Translations under genes and position numbers: made by a program
DNA from: a virus
Lineage: Duplodnaviria; Caudoviricetes
IMG/VR virus record: IMGVR_UViG_3300003962_000013
Span: 1-64,000 of that record
Strand: one strand, 5' to 3'
Length of the DNA stretch: 64,000 bases
Notes under the pieces: generated by a model
Database searches by the model: none
The model's input: only the letters and a program-made list of their open reading frames with translations
Told to the model about the DNA's origin: nothing
Shown: positions 39,526-50,712 of the stretch, piece by piece
Layout of the letters: each line of letters starts with the position of its first letter
Position numbering within the stretch: the stretch's first letter is position 1

Positions 39526-41709
39526 TTATTGAGTTTTATAAGTATTCATAGCAACTGAAGTACCAAATTTAGTACCATTCATACTATTTTCTACTACGGT
39601 TGGTTTAGAATTGGATTTTACTTGTTCTTGACGTAAAGCTTTTAACTCATTAAGTAAAGGAGAAAGATCTTGTTGTGGTTGTTGATTTGGGGAAGATTTT
39701 TTTCCTCCACCTAAATTAGTTCCAGCTATCACTGTATCTTCATTATTTAATGCTATTGAACCTTTAGGTGTAAGTAATGTTCTATCACCATATCCTGGAG
39801 ATATAACGTCATCACCTTTAAACATAGAATATGCTGCAGCACCCACAGAAGCAATGGCTCCAAGTGCTGTAATCCACCCAACAACTGGAACTGCGGCTGC
39901 ACTTTGACCCGCAGCTGCTGAAGCTCCTGCTATTTGTGCTATTGCTGCTTCGCGGGCTTTTTTTCCAAATAGACCCATAGAGGTAATATTTAAAGCTAAA
40001 GATCTAGCTAATTTTCCTCCAGCAATACCTGCAATTGCTGTGAATAATATTTTAATTGATGTAGTGTGGCTTAAAAGTGAAGCTACTAATTCTAATGGGC
40101 CTGCTAATGCTTCACCCATTTTTTCAATAGATTTATTTATACTATCTTGAACAGATAAACGCTTCATATCTTCTAAAGCTACTCCTGATGCTGCAGCTGC
40201 TGCTTCTTCTGTTAAACCATTTTGAAGTTGTTGAGTAAAAATCATTTTTGATAATTCATCTTTACTTAATCCTATGGCATCAGCTATAGCTTGTTGTTGT
40301 ATTCTATTCCCTTTAGAGAAACCACTTATTACAGCTTCATTATTACCTATTTCTTTAGTTAATCCTGCTAAATCATTATTTAATGCTAATAAACGAGCTT
40401 TTTCTAGGTTTAATTGTTGACCCGTCATAAGTTCAGCTGATATTTCTGAATTTATTGAGGATTCAAAATTAAGTAAAGATTCGGCTGTTTTATCTATTTG
40501 TTCTAAGGTTAAACCTAATTTTCTGGCTTCAGTAGCAGCTGCTGCTAGTTTTTCAGGATTACCTCCAAATGTAATAGCAATTGCATTGGATATATTAGTT
40601 ATATCTTTTAATATTTGTTTTTGAGATATAGCTGTTTTATTAGCCTTATTAAAATTACTAACTTGATTTATTATAGTTTTATCAATAGATTTTAATTCTT
40701 TACCATTTATCTTAGAAAACATAGATAAACGACCTGCTTCATTAGCACTAAGACCCATCAATTCAACCAATTCAGTAGCTTCTTGAAGAGTTTCGGGAGT
40801 AAAAATCAAATCTGCTGCTAAACCTAATTCCTTAGTCATAGCAGTAGCTTGTTTAATATAATCTGAAGATGTAATTAGGCTAGTATTGAGAGTATCAATA
40901 TGTGAAATAGATCTTCCTGTTTCTCTAGTAAAATCAGTTTGAGCTTTATTTAATGAGTTAAATCCTCTTACAATAGATGTAACTAAAAATAACATCATAT
41001 TTGATGGATTTAAAATGCCATCTTTAAATTGTATTCCTAAATTTTTAACTCCAGCTCTTAATCCTTGAATTCCACTTTGAGTTTTAATAGTTTCTTCTCG
41101 TGCGGACTTTAATGCTTTTTCTGTGTCTATTAAATCACCTATTATTGGGATCTTACCCATACCTTTTAGTATACCTGAAAATACTCCTAATTCTTTATCA
41201 GCACCTTTAATAGAATTTTCTATAGATTCAAGTGTTGATTTTTGTTGTTTTAAAGGTTCAATAGATTCGTATGCTAATTCATTAAAATTCTTTTGAAGTT
41301 GGATTATAAGTTTTTCCTTCTCAATTCTTTCGTTTTCACTTATAGTAATATCTTCATTTAATTGTTTTTGAATACTTCCTATTCTAGTAGTTAATACTTG
41401 TTGTTCAGCTATTTTTTTATTTATCTGAGATTGGATATCTTTAGAAGTAATCGAATTGTTATTTATTTTAACCTGATTCTTAACTAAATCTTCAGTAATT
41501 TTGCTTAAAGATTTTACAGATCGATTTATATCTTTATATGTTAAATCAAATGATTTAGCGCTTGATGTTCCTTCTCGTATTTCATCAACTACGTCTGATA
41601 ATCTACTAGTAAGTTCTCTGAATCCTTCTTCTAAGACTCCAGTAAGTTCACTCATATTCTTAAGTGAATTATTCATTTCTTCAGCTTTATCGTTTGGATT
41701 TTCAGCCAT
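39526..41709 (-). CDS. tail tape measure protein
   Basis: long Ala-rich helical protein downstream of the chaperone pair. Confidence 0.82.
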   Translation of the reverse strand: MAENPNDKAEEMNNSLKNMSELTGVLEEGFRELTSRLSDVVDEIREGTSSAKSFDLTYKDINRSVKSLSKITEDLVKNQVKINNNSITSKDIQSQINKKIAEQQVLTTRIGSIQKQLNEDITISENERIEKEKLIIQLQKNFNELAYESIEPLKQQKSTLESIENSIKGADKELGVFSGILKGMGKIPIIGDLIDTEKALKSAREETIKTQSGIQGLRAGVKNLGIQFKDGILNPSNMMLFLVTSIVRGFNSLNKAQTDFTRETGRSISHIDTLNTSLITSSDYIKQATAMTKELGLAADLIFTPETLQEATELVELMGLSANEAGRLSMFSKINGKELKSIDKTIINQVSNFNKANKTAISQKQILKDITNISNAIAITFGGNPEKLAAAATEARKLGLTLEQIDKTAESLLNFESSINSEISAELMTGQQLNLEKARLLALNNDLAGLTKEIGNNEAVISGFSKGNRIQQQAIADAIGLSKDELSKMIFTQQLQNGLTEEAAAAASGVALEDMKRLSVQDSINKSIEKMGEALAGPLELVASLLSHTTSIKILFTAIAGIAGGKLARSLALNITSMGLFGKKAREAAIAQIAGASAAAGQSAAAVPVVGWITALGAIASVGAAAYSMFKGDDVISPGYGDRTLLTPKGSIALNNEDTVIAGTNLGGGKKSSPNQQPQQDLSPLLNELKALRQEQVKSNSKPTVVENSMNGTKFGTSVAMNTYKTQ

Positions 41710-41758
41710 GGTATTATAAGTAGTATTTATCCATCATAAATATTAAAAATTTATAATC

Positions 41759-42086
41759 TTATTTATAATCGGAAATTTTTCGTTTGAGTGGATGGGGATT
41801 TTTATTTTGGGGAATACTCTTCCAATTTTCTTTATTTATTGTTCCATCAGGATTTATCAATGTAGATTTGTTTGGAGAGTTTATTGATAATGAATTTTCA
41901 ATAGCTTCGTTTTCTTTATCGTAAAATTCTTTTATTTTATTGAAAGTAAATTGGCGCAACCATCTAGGCATATTATAGACAGTTGGCCAATCAAAACCAC
42001 CCTTTCCATGAAAACAGATTTCATGAATTTGGGAAAATAAATTAGCTCGAGCAATTGAAGCTGTATCAGAAGTCAGGCCAAAAAAA
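41759..42086 (-). CDS. tail assembly chaperone extension (gpGT-like), reached by frameshift
   Basis: no good ATG; +1 frame open from the U7 run; YNMPRWLRQF motif. Confidence 0.7.
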
Positions 42087-42785
42087 CTTAACCCCAATTG
42101 GTATATCGACTCTATTTGAACTTCCTTCGGGAAAAAAAGTTAAATCGACATCTGGTTGATTTTCTTTTATGTGTTTTCTTAGCTCTCTTGAATCTCGGGC
42201 TAAGAGATGTTTATCTACAAATTCTCGAATTGTCTTAGATTCCCTGTCTCCATTAACTGAAGTGATTAGGAATTTTAAACGCGTGGAAAGTTCTGGAGAT
42301 GCATTTTTATTAATTTTTTTAAGACCTTCCAATTCTGCTTGAATTTTTTGTTCATCTCCATGAGTTAAAATTTTATAAGTAATAAGAGTATTTGTTGATG
42401 GTAATGTATAATTAAATTCATTTATTCCTTTATTTGAATGTTCAAATGGTTTATTATCAATTTTAGTTAAATCAACTGTGTATTCTTGTCCACTATATTC
42501 AAATATATAATCTTTACCATACCCTAATACCCTGGCTGCTACCATTATTGCATTTTTATCTCCAGTAACCAAATCATCATAATTAATTTTAGATACAATA
42601 AGGGCTTGTAATAATTTATCTAATACGATTCCTTTTTGAATATAGGATTGATTGGTAAGAATATCTTCGTGTTTAGCAGTCATATAACACATTTCTACTT
42701 TTCCACTTGATAAAGGGTTTTCGGAAGGATATAATAATCCTTTTGATGGTAATTCAATAATTTCTGTAGGGATATCTTTTTCCAT
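42066..42785 (-). CDS. tail assembly chaperone / baseplate hub assembly protein
   Basis: LPSKGLLY, MTAKHEDIL, ends FFWPDF. Confidence 0.8.
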   Translation of the reverse strand: MEKDIPTEIIELPSKGLLYPSENPLSSGKVEMCYMTAKHEDILTNQSYIQKGIVLDKLLQALIVSKINYDDLVTGDKNAIMVAARVLGYGKDYIFEYSGQEYTVDLTKIDNKPFEHSNKGINEFNYTLPSTNTLITYKILTHGDEQKIQAELEGLKKINKNASPELSTRLKFLITSVNGDRESKTIREFVDKHLLARDSRELRKHIKENQPDVDLTFFPEGSSNRVDIPIGVKFFWPDF

Positions 42786-42853
42786 AGCTTTTATTTAATG
42801 TAACTTATTATTATCGAATATAAATATAATGAAGATAAAGGGGTTCACCAAGT

Positions 42854-43618
42854 TTAAGTGAGTTCTTTTTTAAGTATTTCTATAATCTGTTGAGGGTTGT
42901 TTTTTATATCATACTCCCAAAATCTAAGTAATTTAAAGCCATTATCTTTTGCCCATTGATTTTTCTTTTGGTCATTAAGCATATTTATATCTTGGGTTTT
43001 ACATTCTGGTAGGGCATATTTAGTATCGGGATTACAATGCCAAAAATCACCATCTACTTCAATTAAACATTTATGCTTTGGGAGATAAAAATCATATATA
43101 AAATGATTTTCTTTAGTATTAATATAGTAAGAATGTTGAAATTCTATATTAAGTAATTGAAAAAACAGCTCAAATCTTATTTCTAATAAAGATCGTTTTA
43201 CTTTTCCTGTTTTGATTATTCTTTGAACAGCAGAATCACTCATTTTCTCTTTGGTCTTTTTTGAGTGTTTTCTACCTACTCCAAATCCTTCTGGTTTAGG
43301 TTTAGGTATTCCTTTAGCACTTTTAGATATTTTTTCTCCTAATTTAGGATCCTTTCTATTTTGTTTTACAGCATTTTTTATATGATTATACTCACCAGAA
43401 GCAAATTTTTGTTTACGAGTTGATATAATTTTTTCTACTCGTTTTGGATTTTTAGGATCTCCAAAATAGTTTGGATTTACTCGGGTTTGATGTCCGCGTT
43501 TAAATTTTCCAAAGTCTTTTGAATTATAATCATAAATTGTTTTTTCTCCACATCCACACCCACAAATTGGGTGAGTACCATTATATTTTTCTTGAATTAA
43601 TTTTTCAGCATTAGTCAT
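42854..43618 (-). mobile_element. EDxHD/Vsr-like (DUF559) homing endonuclease with NUMOD3 (likely start ATG 43618)
   Basis: CGCGCG, HSKKTKEKMS, YDF..IEVDGDFWH, LLRFWE. Confidence 0.85.
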
Positions 43619-43631
43619 AATATAAAATAAA

Positions 43632-43658
43632 AATGTCCGATAATAAATATCGGACATT
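43632..43658. promoter_or_regulatory. perfect 11-bp inverted repeat enclosing the promoter motif
   Basis: AATGTCCGATA-ATAAA-TATCGGACATT. Confidence 0.65.
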
Positions 43659-43690
43659 CTTGTAAAATCGCGGAGTGGATGGTAGTACTT

Positions 43691-44179
43691 TCAGAAATTG
43701 AGGATACAATAATCCATTCCTAAATTAACTGTTAATTCTTGAGCTGCATTTTCATCATCCCAACTATAATCACCCATACTAAAATCTTTAATAAATGCAC
43801 TTTTAATAATCCATTCAGATACTATATCTCCTACTGGTCCTAATACATTAACAGTTACATCTTTTTTATAGAAATCAGAATAACCATCACGACCAGTAAC
43901 TGATTCATGATGTAAACGAACCCATTCCATTACAGATTGAGCACCTGAAGGTGTAATAGGATCAAATAAAGTCATTTCAATATCTTTCCATTCTACTTTA
44001 CCTTTAATTTTACGATAAACATTAATGTGGTTTAATTTAATTTCACCTATTGAAGCTCCAATAGCTCCTACTTTTTTAATAGTATAAGATGGAATGCCAT
44101 CTACATACATTATAAAGCGGTTTTTTACCTTTGGTTCAAATGCTGTGAAAAATATTTCGTTTGGATCTAATATTGCCAT
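43691..44179 (-). CDS. tail tube protein (gp19-like)
   Basis: FEPKVKNRF, EWVR, YKKD, position after sheath. Confidence 0.9.
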   Translation of the reverse strand: MAILDPNEIFFTAFEPKVKNRFIMYVDGIPSYTIKKVGAIGASIGEIKLNHINVYRKIKGKVEWKDIEMTLFDPITPSGAQSVMEWVRLHHESVTGRDGYSDFYKKDVTVNVLGPVGDIVSEWIIKSAFIKDFSMGDYSWDDENAAQELTVNLGMDYCILNF

Positions 44180-44220
44180 TGTTATTTGTTATTTTGTTTT
44201 ATTATAAATATCTAAGATTT

Positions 44221-44252
44221 AAAAAATCTTCCCCCCTTTTTGGAGGGGAAGA
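44221..44252 (-). terminator. intrinsic terminator after sheath gene
   Basis: CTTCCCC/GGGGAAG stem with U-run. Confidence 0.75.
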
Positions 44253-44261
44253 AATATTTTA

Positions 44262-45992
44262 TTATGCTGGGAATGTTGCACCAGTTGGAGTAATGTTGAA
44301 GTCTAAGTATATAAATTCAGCTGTTTTTGTCGGTTGAATATATATTTGACCAATTAATTCATTACGATCAATTATATCTGGAGTATTATTAGTATCATCC
44401 ATAATTACTTTAAATGCATACAATCCTTGTCTTTGTTGAACACTAGTTAAATATGGGTTAACTTGAGATAAGAATTGGTTTCTTGTAGCAATTGTATTTT
44501 GTTCAAATACTAAATTAAGAGATACTTGAGAAATATATGATTTAAGAGCAATCAATAAACGTCTAACATTTACTCTATCAAGAGCTGAGGCTCTAGTTTG
44601 TAATGTTTTCTGACCATATACTACAATTCCTGTTCCTGGGAAAGTAGCAATTGGGTTTACTTTTCCATTATATAATGTATCTCTATTTGTTTGAGATAAT
44701 TTTTGTTCTGCTCTTACAACTGTTGATAAACCACCTCTGTTAATACCTGCTGGAGCAAACCAAGGTTCTGCTACAGAGTCATTATAAGCGTAAACTCCAC
44801 CAATCATTGTTGAAGCTGGAACCCAAACTAATTCACCTGAAGCTGGATCTACAACTTGTAACCATGGCCAATATTCTGCAGCGTATGAAGTATTTCTTGT
44901 TGCTGCTTTAGCAACAGCGTCTGCTACTGTTTTACCATATTCTACTGGATCTATGATATAAATATTATCACCACGATCTTGAGTATTAGATATTAAAGTT
45001 GAAATTGTACCAGTATGAGTTGAAAAATTATCAATTAATCCAGGAGTAGACAATACATTAAATTTATAATCATCTGTGTTTGCAAGTAAATTAACCATGT
45101 TTGTATAACATCCTGCTGTCAATCCTTGAGTATCAGTATCGCTAATCAATTCATAAAATTTAGCTCCTCCTCTTATTGCACCTGTAGCTCCACCAAATGA
45201 TCCACTTGCATTTATTGGAAGAGATCCTGTGAATTGATTTTTTGCTACTCCATTATTATCAAAGTAATTATATGTAGTGTAGTTAACAGCACTTACATAA
45301 ACATAATTTGATCTGTTAGCAAATGAACCAGTAATAGTAATTTGATTTGTAGTTGAATTATAATTTTGAACTTGATCTCCAATTACACGAGCTATATAAT
45401 TTCCAGAATTAGGATCTAAAGTAAGATTAGTCCATGTTTCTAATATAACTGGTTGAAGAGAAGTATCATCACCTCTACGAATTAATAAATCAAAAGTACC
45501 TGAGGATGTGTTTGAATTTACAATTTGCCATCTAACATTATCTGCTGAACCACTTGGTAAAGCATTGTTAGTAATTTCAGTAGAAGTACTGTTCATTATA
45601 GTACCTTGAGAAATAGTTTTCAATACAAATGGTGATAAACCGGTTGTAGGACCACCTGAACCTGTTTGCATCACAGAGCTAGAAGCAGCGGTATAAGAAC
45701 CTGTTACTACTCTTGCTACTAATAATGATTGGCCTCCATTTGCAAAATAGTTATAAGCAGCTATTGATGTGAAATACGTATACGTATCTGCATCATTTGC
45801 TCCTCCACTTACAAATGTGGTTCCAAATTTATTTACATATTCATTGTAAGTTGTAACAATTGTTGGAATTTCAACAGGACCTTTTACAGTTGGTCCTATA
45901 ATTGCTGCACCTATAGTAACTGGTCTTTTAGATACAAAAGATGAATCATTTTCTCTTGCTAAAACGCCTGGTGATATTAAAGTTTCTGCCAT
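44262..45992 (-). CDS. tail sheath protein (gp18-like)
   Basis: SPGV, WFAPAG..RG, GQKTLQ, RVNVRRL, FEQN, PTKTAEFI. Confidence 0.96.
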   Translation of the reverse strand: MAETLISPGVLARENDSSFVSKRPVTIGAAIIGPTVKGPVEIPTIVTTYNEYVNKFGTTFVSGGANDADTYTYFTSIAAYNYFANGGQSLLVARVVTGSYTAASSSVMQTGSGGPTTGLSPFVLKTISQGTIMNSTSTEITNNALPSGSADNVRWQIVNSNTSSGTFDLLIRRGDDTSLQPVILETWTNLTLDPNSGNYIARVIGDQVQNYNSTTNQITITGSFANRSNYVYVSAVNYTTYNYFDNNGVAKNQFTGSLPINASGSFGGATGAIRGGAKFYELISDTDTQGLTAGCYTNMVNLLANTDDYKFNVLSTPGLIDNFSTHTGTISTLISNTQDRGDNIYIIDPVEYGKTVADAVAKAATRNTSYAAEYWPWLQVVDPASGELVWVPASTMIGGVYAYNDSVAEPWFAPAGINRGGLSTVVRAEQKLSQTNRDTLYNGKVNPIATFPGTGIVVYGQKTLQTRASALDRVNVRRLLIALKSYISQVSLNLVFEQNTIATRNQFLSQVNPYLTSVQQRQGLYAFKVIMDDTNNTPDIIDRNELIGQIYIQPTKTAEFIYLDFNITPTGATFPA

Positions 45993-46045
45993 TGATGTTT
46001 ATTTATTTAATTTTGTTATAAATATGGCAGAACCTATTAAAGATA

Positions 46046-46297
46046 TTAGTCACCAATAAATTCTCCTTTTTCGAGATTTATAGTTCCATTACCATATTTT
46101 TGTTGGAGGGTTTCACCTATTTGAATTTCTTCTTGGCGAAAATTTTTTAATTCTTCCTTAAGTGTTGCTTTTTTTAATTCAAATTCTTGAATCCCTAATT
46201 CAATTATACCAAACTGTTCTGTTAAGTGGAGGCGTTTTTCTTGAATTGATTTTAATAATTGAATTTCTTCTTGGGTTAAAACTTTTATTTTTTCCAT
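46046..46297 (-). CDS. small coiled-coil protein
   Basis: KYGNGTINLEKGEF. Confidence 0.7.
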   Translation of the reverse strand: MEKIKVLTQEEIQLLKSIQEKRLHLTEQFGIIELGIQEFELKKATLKEELKNFRQEEIQIGETLQQKYGNGTINLEKGEFIGD

Positions 46298-46302
46298 TTT
46301 GT

Positions 46303-47163
46303 TTAACTATTTAAGTCATTTATATTTTTAACTACTTTTTCTTCTACTATTACTTTAACCACATCTGGAATTTTCTTAAGTGCAGTTAAATCTTTTTGTA
46401 TTACATCAGGTATTATATACCCATTTAATTTTATATTGAAAGTACTACTTACTATTCTTTCATCTTTTTCAGCTAATTCAGCCTTTATAGCAAACGAATC
46501 AATCATCGCTCTAAACTGAAATTTTGCAGGATCACCCCAATATGAATCTGAAGCATATTCAATTGCTTCAACAATTTTATTTAATTGATCCATATAATAA
46601 GTATTAATAGCACAACTGTATGTTATAGTAACATAATCAGGAACTACTACTGCATAATTTGTTTTTTCAGGTACTATTCCATTTAATACACTAAAATTAT
46701 CATATGCGTTTTTTGAACTATATTTTTTTCTATGAATTGAAACATTATTTGGATTATTTGCATCTAATTTGTTAGCAATTGATCTTACTTTTTCAATATT
46801 ATCTCTTTTTATCATTATAAGAGGTAACATTATTTTTCCTTGAGCATCTCTGTAATATCCATCTTTTTGAAACGATTTCCATTTTTCAGGAGAACCATAA
46901 ATTACTGGAACAGGTATTTTTTCTCCATTTTGAGTAACAGATGGTTTTATTATATTATTAAAATAATACATAACAGATTCATCTATATCTTGAATCCCTA
47001 TTGATAATGGTTTTACAGAATCTCCACTAAATGAAATTTGGTTTCCTCTATTAATGGTATTAGAAAAATTTGGGTTTCCTACTTCAGAATCAAAAGCTGT
47101 ATGTTGTTCGATACTGAGTTCTCTTTGAGATTTAGGGATTGGGGTTCTACTATTTTTATTCAT
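46303..47163 (-). CDS. tail terminator/sheath stabiliser (gp15-like)
   Basis: VPVIYGSPEKW, LPLIMI; position. Confidence 0.75.
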   Translation of the reverse strand: MNKNSRTPIPKSQRELSIEQHTAFDSEVGNPNFSNTINRGNQISFSGDSVKPLSIGIQDIDESVMYYFNNIIKPSVTQNGEKIPVPVIYGSPEKWKSFQKDGYYRDAQGKIMLPLIMIKRDNIEKVRSIANKLDANNPNNVSIHRKKYSSKNAYDNFSVLNGIVPEKTNYAVVVPDYVTITYSCAINTYYMDQLNKIVEAIEYASDSYWGDPAKFQFRAMIDSFAIKAELAEKDERIVSSTFNIKLNGYIIPDVIQKDLTALKKIPDVVKVIVEEKVVKNINDLNS

Positions 47164-47675
47164 TACAATCTTGTTTTAATAATGTTAACTCTATCTGCTG
47201 GTATATAATGACACTCACAAATTACAGAAACATTATATCCGAAATTTTCTAATCCTGGGTTTAGTGGATTTACACTATATGGATAATCTGGGTCTTTACC
47301 TGCAAAGTATTGATTTATATTAGTATTATCTACTTCGAAATAACTTTCTTGATATAAAATAACATCACCTACTTCAGGATGTAAATTAGCATCTACTAAA
47401 TCATCTCTTAAAAATGCAAAACTAACAGGCCATTTAAAATCTACCCCTAAATCACTTACAGGACTTGAATTATCTCCAACTGTAATCAAAGCATTAATTA
47501 ATGTTGGACCATCAAAGAATTTTCCTCCTGATGCTTCACCATAGATGTTGGTTTTTGTTTCGTCTAATTTATATTTGTAAAAAGCACATTGTTGAGAGAT
47601 AATATTTCCCATCAGTTCACGACTGATTCTTCTAACAAATGATGCGTCTCTTGATGATCCAAATAATGCGCACAT
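47163..47675 (-). CDS. neck/head-closure protein (gp14-like)
   Basis: NIYGEA, PEVGDVI. Confidence 0.7.
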   Translation of the reverse strand: MCALFGSSRDASFVRRISRELMGNIISQQCAFYKYKLDETKTNIYGEASGGKFFDGPTLINALITVGDNSSPVSDLGVDFKWPVSFAFLRDDLVDANLHPEVGDVILYQESYFEVDNTNINQYFAGKDPDYPYSVNPLNPGLENFGYNVSVICECHYIPADRVNIIKTRL

Positions 47676-47678
47676 ATT

Positions 47679-48332
47679 TTATAAAGTTTTATATTTCCAA
47701 ATAAACTTACCACAAGTTTTTTTGAATCCATTAATTACATTCCATATTCCTGCTTGTTGTAAATTTAATTCTTTTGCAGCTTGTTTTGATGATTGCCATT
47801 CTCGTATATATTCTCCATCTAAATTATATTGAATTACAGGTATAGATTTTGCTTTAATAACAGCTTCAACATGATAGTTTCGAGAAACTCCTTTATCTTT
47901 TCTTGTTTTAGTTATATTATGTTTTTTACCTAATTTACTTATTTTAATTTTTTCTTTATGTTCTTTAGTCAATATTTTTCCTTTATTTCTACTCACTCCT
48001 TTATTTGATTCACTGTTTTTTCTTCTTGTTTCTTCACTATCAAAAGAACCAAAACCTCTTCCTAATCTATTGTTAAGATGTTTGTTATTTAAAACATTAT
48101 ATTTTAATCCCCAAAATATTTCTTGATTATCTAAATTTTTAACTTCACATTCTTCAATTATTTCAAATGTATGGTTTTCAAAACCATATTTTTTTAATGA
48201 TGAATACAAACTAGGTTGGTCTTTGCATGCTAATTGTTTGTATTTAAGCCATCTTCCTTCTATATTGGTAGATTGCCCAATATATATTCTTCCATTAGGG
48301 TTTGTTATTTTATAAATACCTATTTTAGCCAT
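47679..48332 (-). mobile_element. GIY-YIG homing endonuclease
   Basis: GIYKITNPNGRIYIGQS; NUMOD3/NUMOD1-type tail. Confidence 0.9.
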
Positions 48333-48333
48333 C

Positions 48334-49470
48334 TTATCCTATAAAAATTGTCATTGGTGATTTTCCTAACTCGTTCATAGTTGAATCACCTTCATCTTTT
48401 TTTCTTTCTAATAAAGCTTTACGAGAAGTTTCATCTAAATATGCTCTTAATCTTTCAATCAATGATTGTTTTTCACTAGTAGCTGCTGTTATCAAATCTG
48501 ATTGATTCATGGAAATTTCTCTTCCAGGAATTGGAATTGTTGATTGGTATTTACCTCTAACATATCCTAACATTTCTTTACATAAAGCTAAAGTATATTC
48601 AAATATCCATTGACGTCCAATTGAATTAATTTGGGAATAAACTGGATTTGTAAAGTTAACATTTGAAACATTAGTAACTAAACCTGCAGATTGAGATATA
48701 GCACTATTAATTCTTTCTTCAATATTAATATATTGGAACCAAACTCTATCTCCATCATCTGTAGGGATAGGGAATATTCTTAATTGATTATTTATTAATT
48801 CAAATGAATAACTAGCTAATGAAACATCGTTTTGCATTTCAACTGCTTGAGTTGTTTGAATCAATAAACTTGTAGGGAACATTAAAAATCCAGTTGAACC
48901 AAATAAACCATATGTTCCTACAGAAGGAACTCCACCTAATCCTGAGAATAGATTTAGTTGATATACTTGATTAATAGCAGGAATTGGTTGGTAGAATATT
49001 CTTTTTATTTCAATTCCACCAGTTATATTATTATTTGAAGCCCATTCATTTAAATTATAATCTTGAATTGATGAAGTAAGAAGAATTGATCCTGTATGCC
49101 AAGTTACATTTCCTCCAACACCAGCTTCTGAACCATATTGTTGAGAAATTTTAATTACTGTTGCCATGTTAGGAGTTACAGTAGCATGATTTAAATTTGA
49201 GGAAGTTGAAGCTCCCATCACATTTAACATGTTATCTCTTACTTGGAAAGCATATAATTCATTTCCATATGTTGTAATAGCTTCTTCAAAGGCAGCATAA
49301 AAATTTATGTCTTGAAGTTCAACATCCATAATTGGATATCCTAATCTTCTAGCACAAAATGTAGTAACTTTATCAGCATCTGTTTGAAATTGATAATCGT
49401 TATCATAAAACCCAAATGGAGTATTTCCTGGGAAGAATGAACTAGAGCCTGGATATATAGGGATATTCAT
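48334..49470 (-). CDS. neck protein (gp13-like)
   Basis: RRLGYP.MDVEL, YTLALCKEMLG..RGKY. Confidence 0.82.
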   Translation of the reverse strand: MNIPIYPGSSSFFPGNTPFGFYDNDYQFQTDADKVTTFCARRLGYPIMDVELQDINFYAAFEEAITTYGNELYAFQVRDNMLNVMGASTSSNLNHATVTPNMATVIKISQQYGSEAGVGGNVTWHTGSILLTSSIQDYNLNEWASNNNITGGIEIKRIFYQPIPAINQVYQLNLFSGLGGVPSVGTYGLFGSTGFLMFPTSLLIQTTQAVEMQNDVSLASYSFELINNQLRIFPIPTDDGDRVWFQYINIEERINSAISQSAGLVTNVSNVNFTNPVYSQINSIGRQWIFEYTLALCKEMLGYVRGKYQSTIPIPGREISMNQSDLITAATSEKQSLIERLRAYLDETSRKALLERKKDEGDSTMNELGKSPMTIFIG

Positions 49471-49512
49471 GTAATTTATATTTTATTATAAATATTGAAT
49501 TGAGGAGAAAAA

Positions 49513-50712
49513 TTAATTAATAGAAATAGCATTTGATGTAGGAACATCACTTGTTACTGAGAGCCAATTAGTTGTGTTAGATAAGGTTCCATTAAATGTT
49601 TTACATAATCTTCCTCTAGAACTATCAACATCAGTTATATTTACAAATGCTGGGAAAGAGTTTGCTCCTTGAGTTAATGTTAATATGGTTTTAGTTCCTG
49701 GGGTGTCAGAGTTTATTATACATCTATTGCTCATACCGATAGAGAGAGTACGAAGTTCTCCTGTTATAATATATTCTATTCCGGCTTTTAAAGTTAGGGT
49801 TCTTCCATTAACGGCATTTGTACCTAAAATAAATAGTGGTACTTCAAACCCAAATGTTCCTGCAAATGTATAATTTTGTTGCATAAGAATATTACTGGAG
49901 ATAGTTAATTTACTAAGAAGAGTAAGAGTACCTCCGGCTCCAACAATACTTAATTGATATATATTCATACCAGCAAGATCAAAAGTAGCTCCACCTGCAC
50001 CTATACCAAAAGCAGTATTATTTGGATTCCATGTTCCTGTAATATATGTCCATGTCGCATTATTACCTATATTAATACTTCCTATTTGATTAATAGTATT
50101 GGTAGCATTAATTATGACATTATTATTTATTTGTCCAGTAATAGATATACTAAGGGTTGTAGTTGTTGTAACTAATCTTATAGTTGAGGTTCCGGAGATT
50201 GTTCTACTAGGAGATGCCACAAATGTTAGAGTATGACCTTTTAAATATAAATCACTCCCATTCAAATTTACAGTTCCAGCAATAACTGTATGTGCAAAAC
50301 TACCACATTTAAAATCTCCGTTTAAAGTAATTGTTCCACCATTTGGAAAGCCTGTATTGACAGTTATAGCTCCACTTATTTCTTTACCATTTGAATTAAT
50401 TGTTCCACTTGCTGCAAAAATCAAATTACCAGTATTTCCTATTGTCATACCAATACCATATGTAATATCTCCCCCGTATAATTGAATTGATTGGGAACCT
50501 CCCAAATTACCTCCGAAATTTGTAAAATCCGCACTTAAAACACTTAATGTAGCATTTACATTGACAGTACCTGTTCCACTATTAGCATCCCATATAGCAT
50601 CGTCGGTGGTACCTGGAACAGATGCACCTGATGACCCTCCACTAGTTGTACTCCAATTTGTCGTACTATTAGTAGCTCCAGTTCCTCCTGTTACCCAATA
50701 TCTAGCTGCCAT
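49513..50712 (-). CDS. beta-helical virion protein (fibre/decoration candidate)
   Basis: RYWV..G...NWS..SGG..GASVP...DD N-terminus; G/T/N rich; paralog of next gene. Confidence 0.6.
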   Translation of the reverse strand: MAARYWVTGGTGATNSTTNWSTTSGGSSGASVPGTTDDAIWDANSGTGTVNVNATLSVLSADFTNFGGNLGGSQSIQLYGGDITYGIGMTIGNTGNLIFAASGTINSNGKEISGAITVNTGFPNGGTITLNGDFKCGSFAHTVIAGTVNLNGSDLYLKGHTLTFVASPSRTISGTSTIRLVTTTTTLSISITGQINNNVIINATNTINQIGSINIGNNATWTYITGTWNPNNTAFGIGAGGATFDLAGMNIYQLSIVGAGGTLTLLSKLTISSNILMQQNYTFAGTFGFEVPLFILGTNAVNGRTLTLKAGIEYIITGELRTLSIGMSNRCIINSDTPGTKTILTLTQGANSFPAFVNITDVDSSRGRLCKTFNGTLSNTTNWLSVTSDVPTSNAISIN

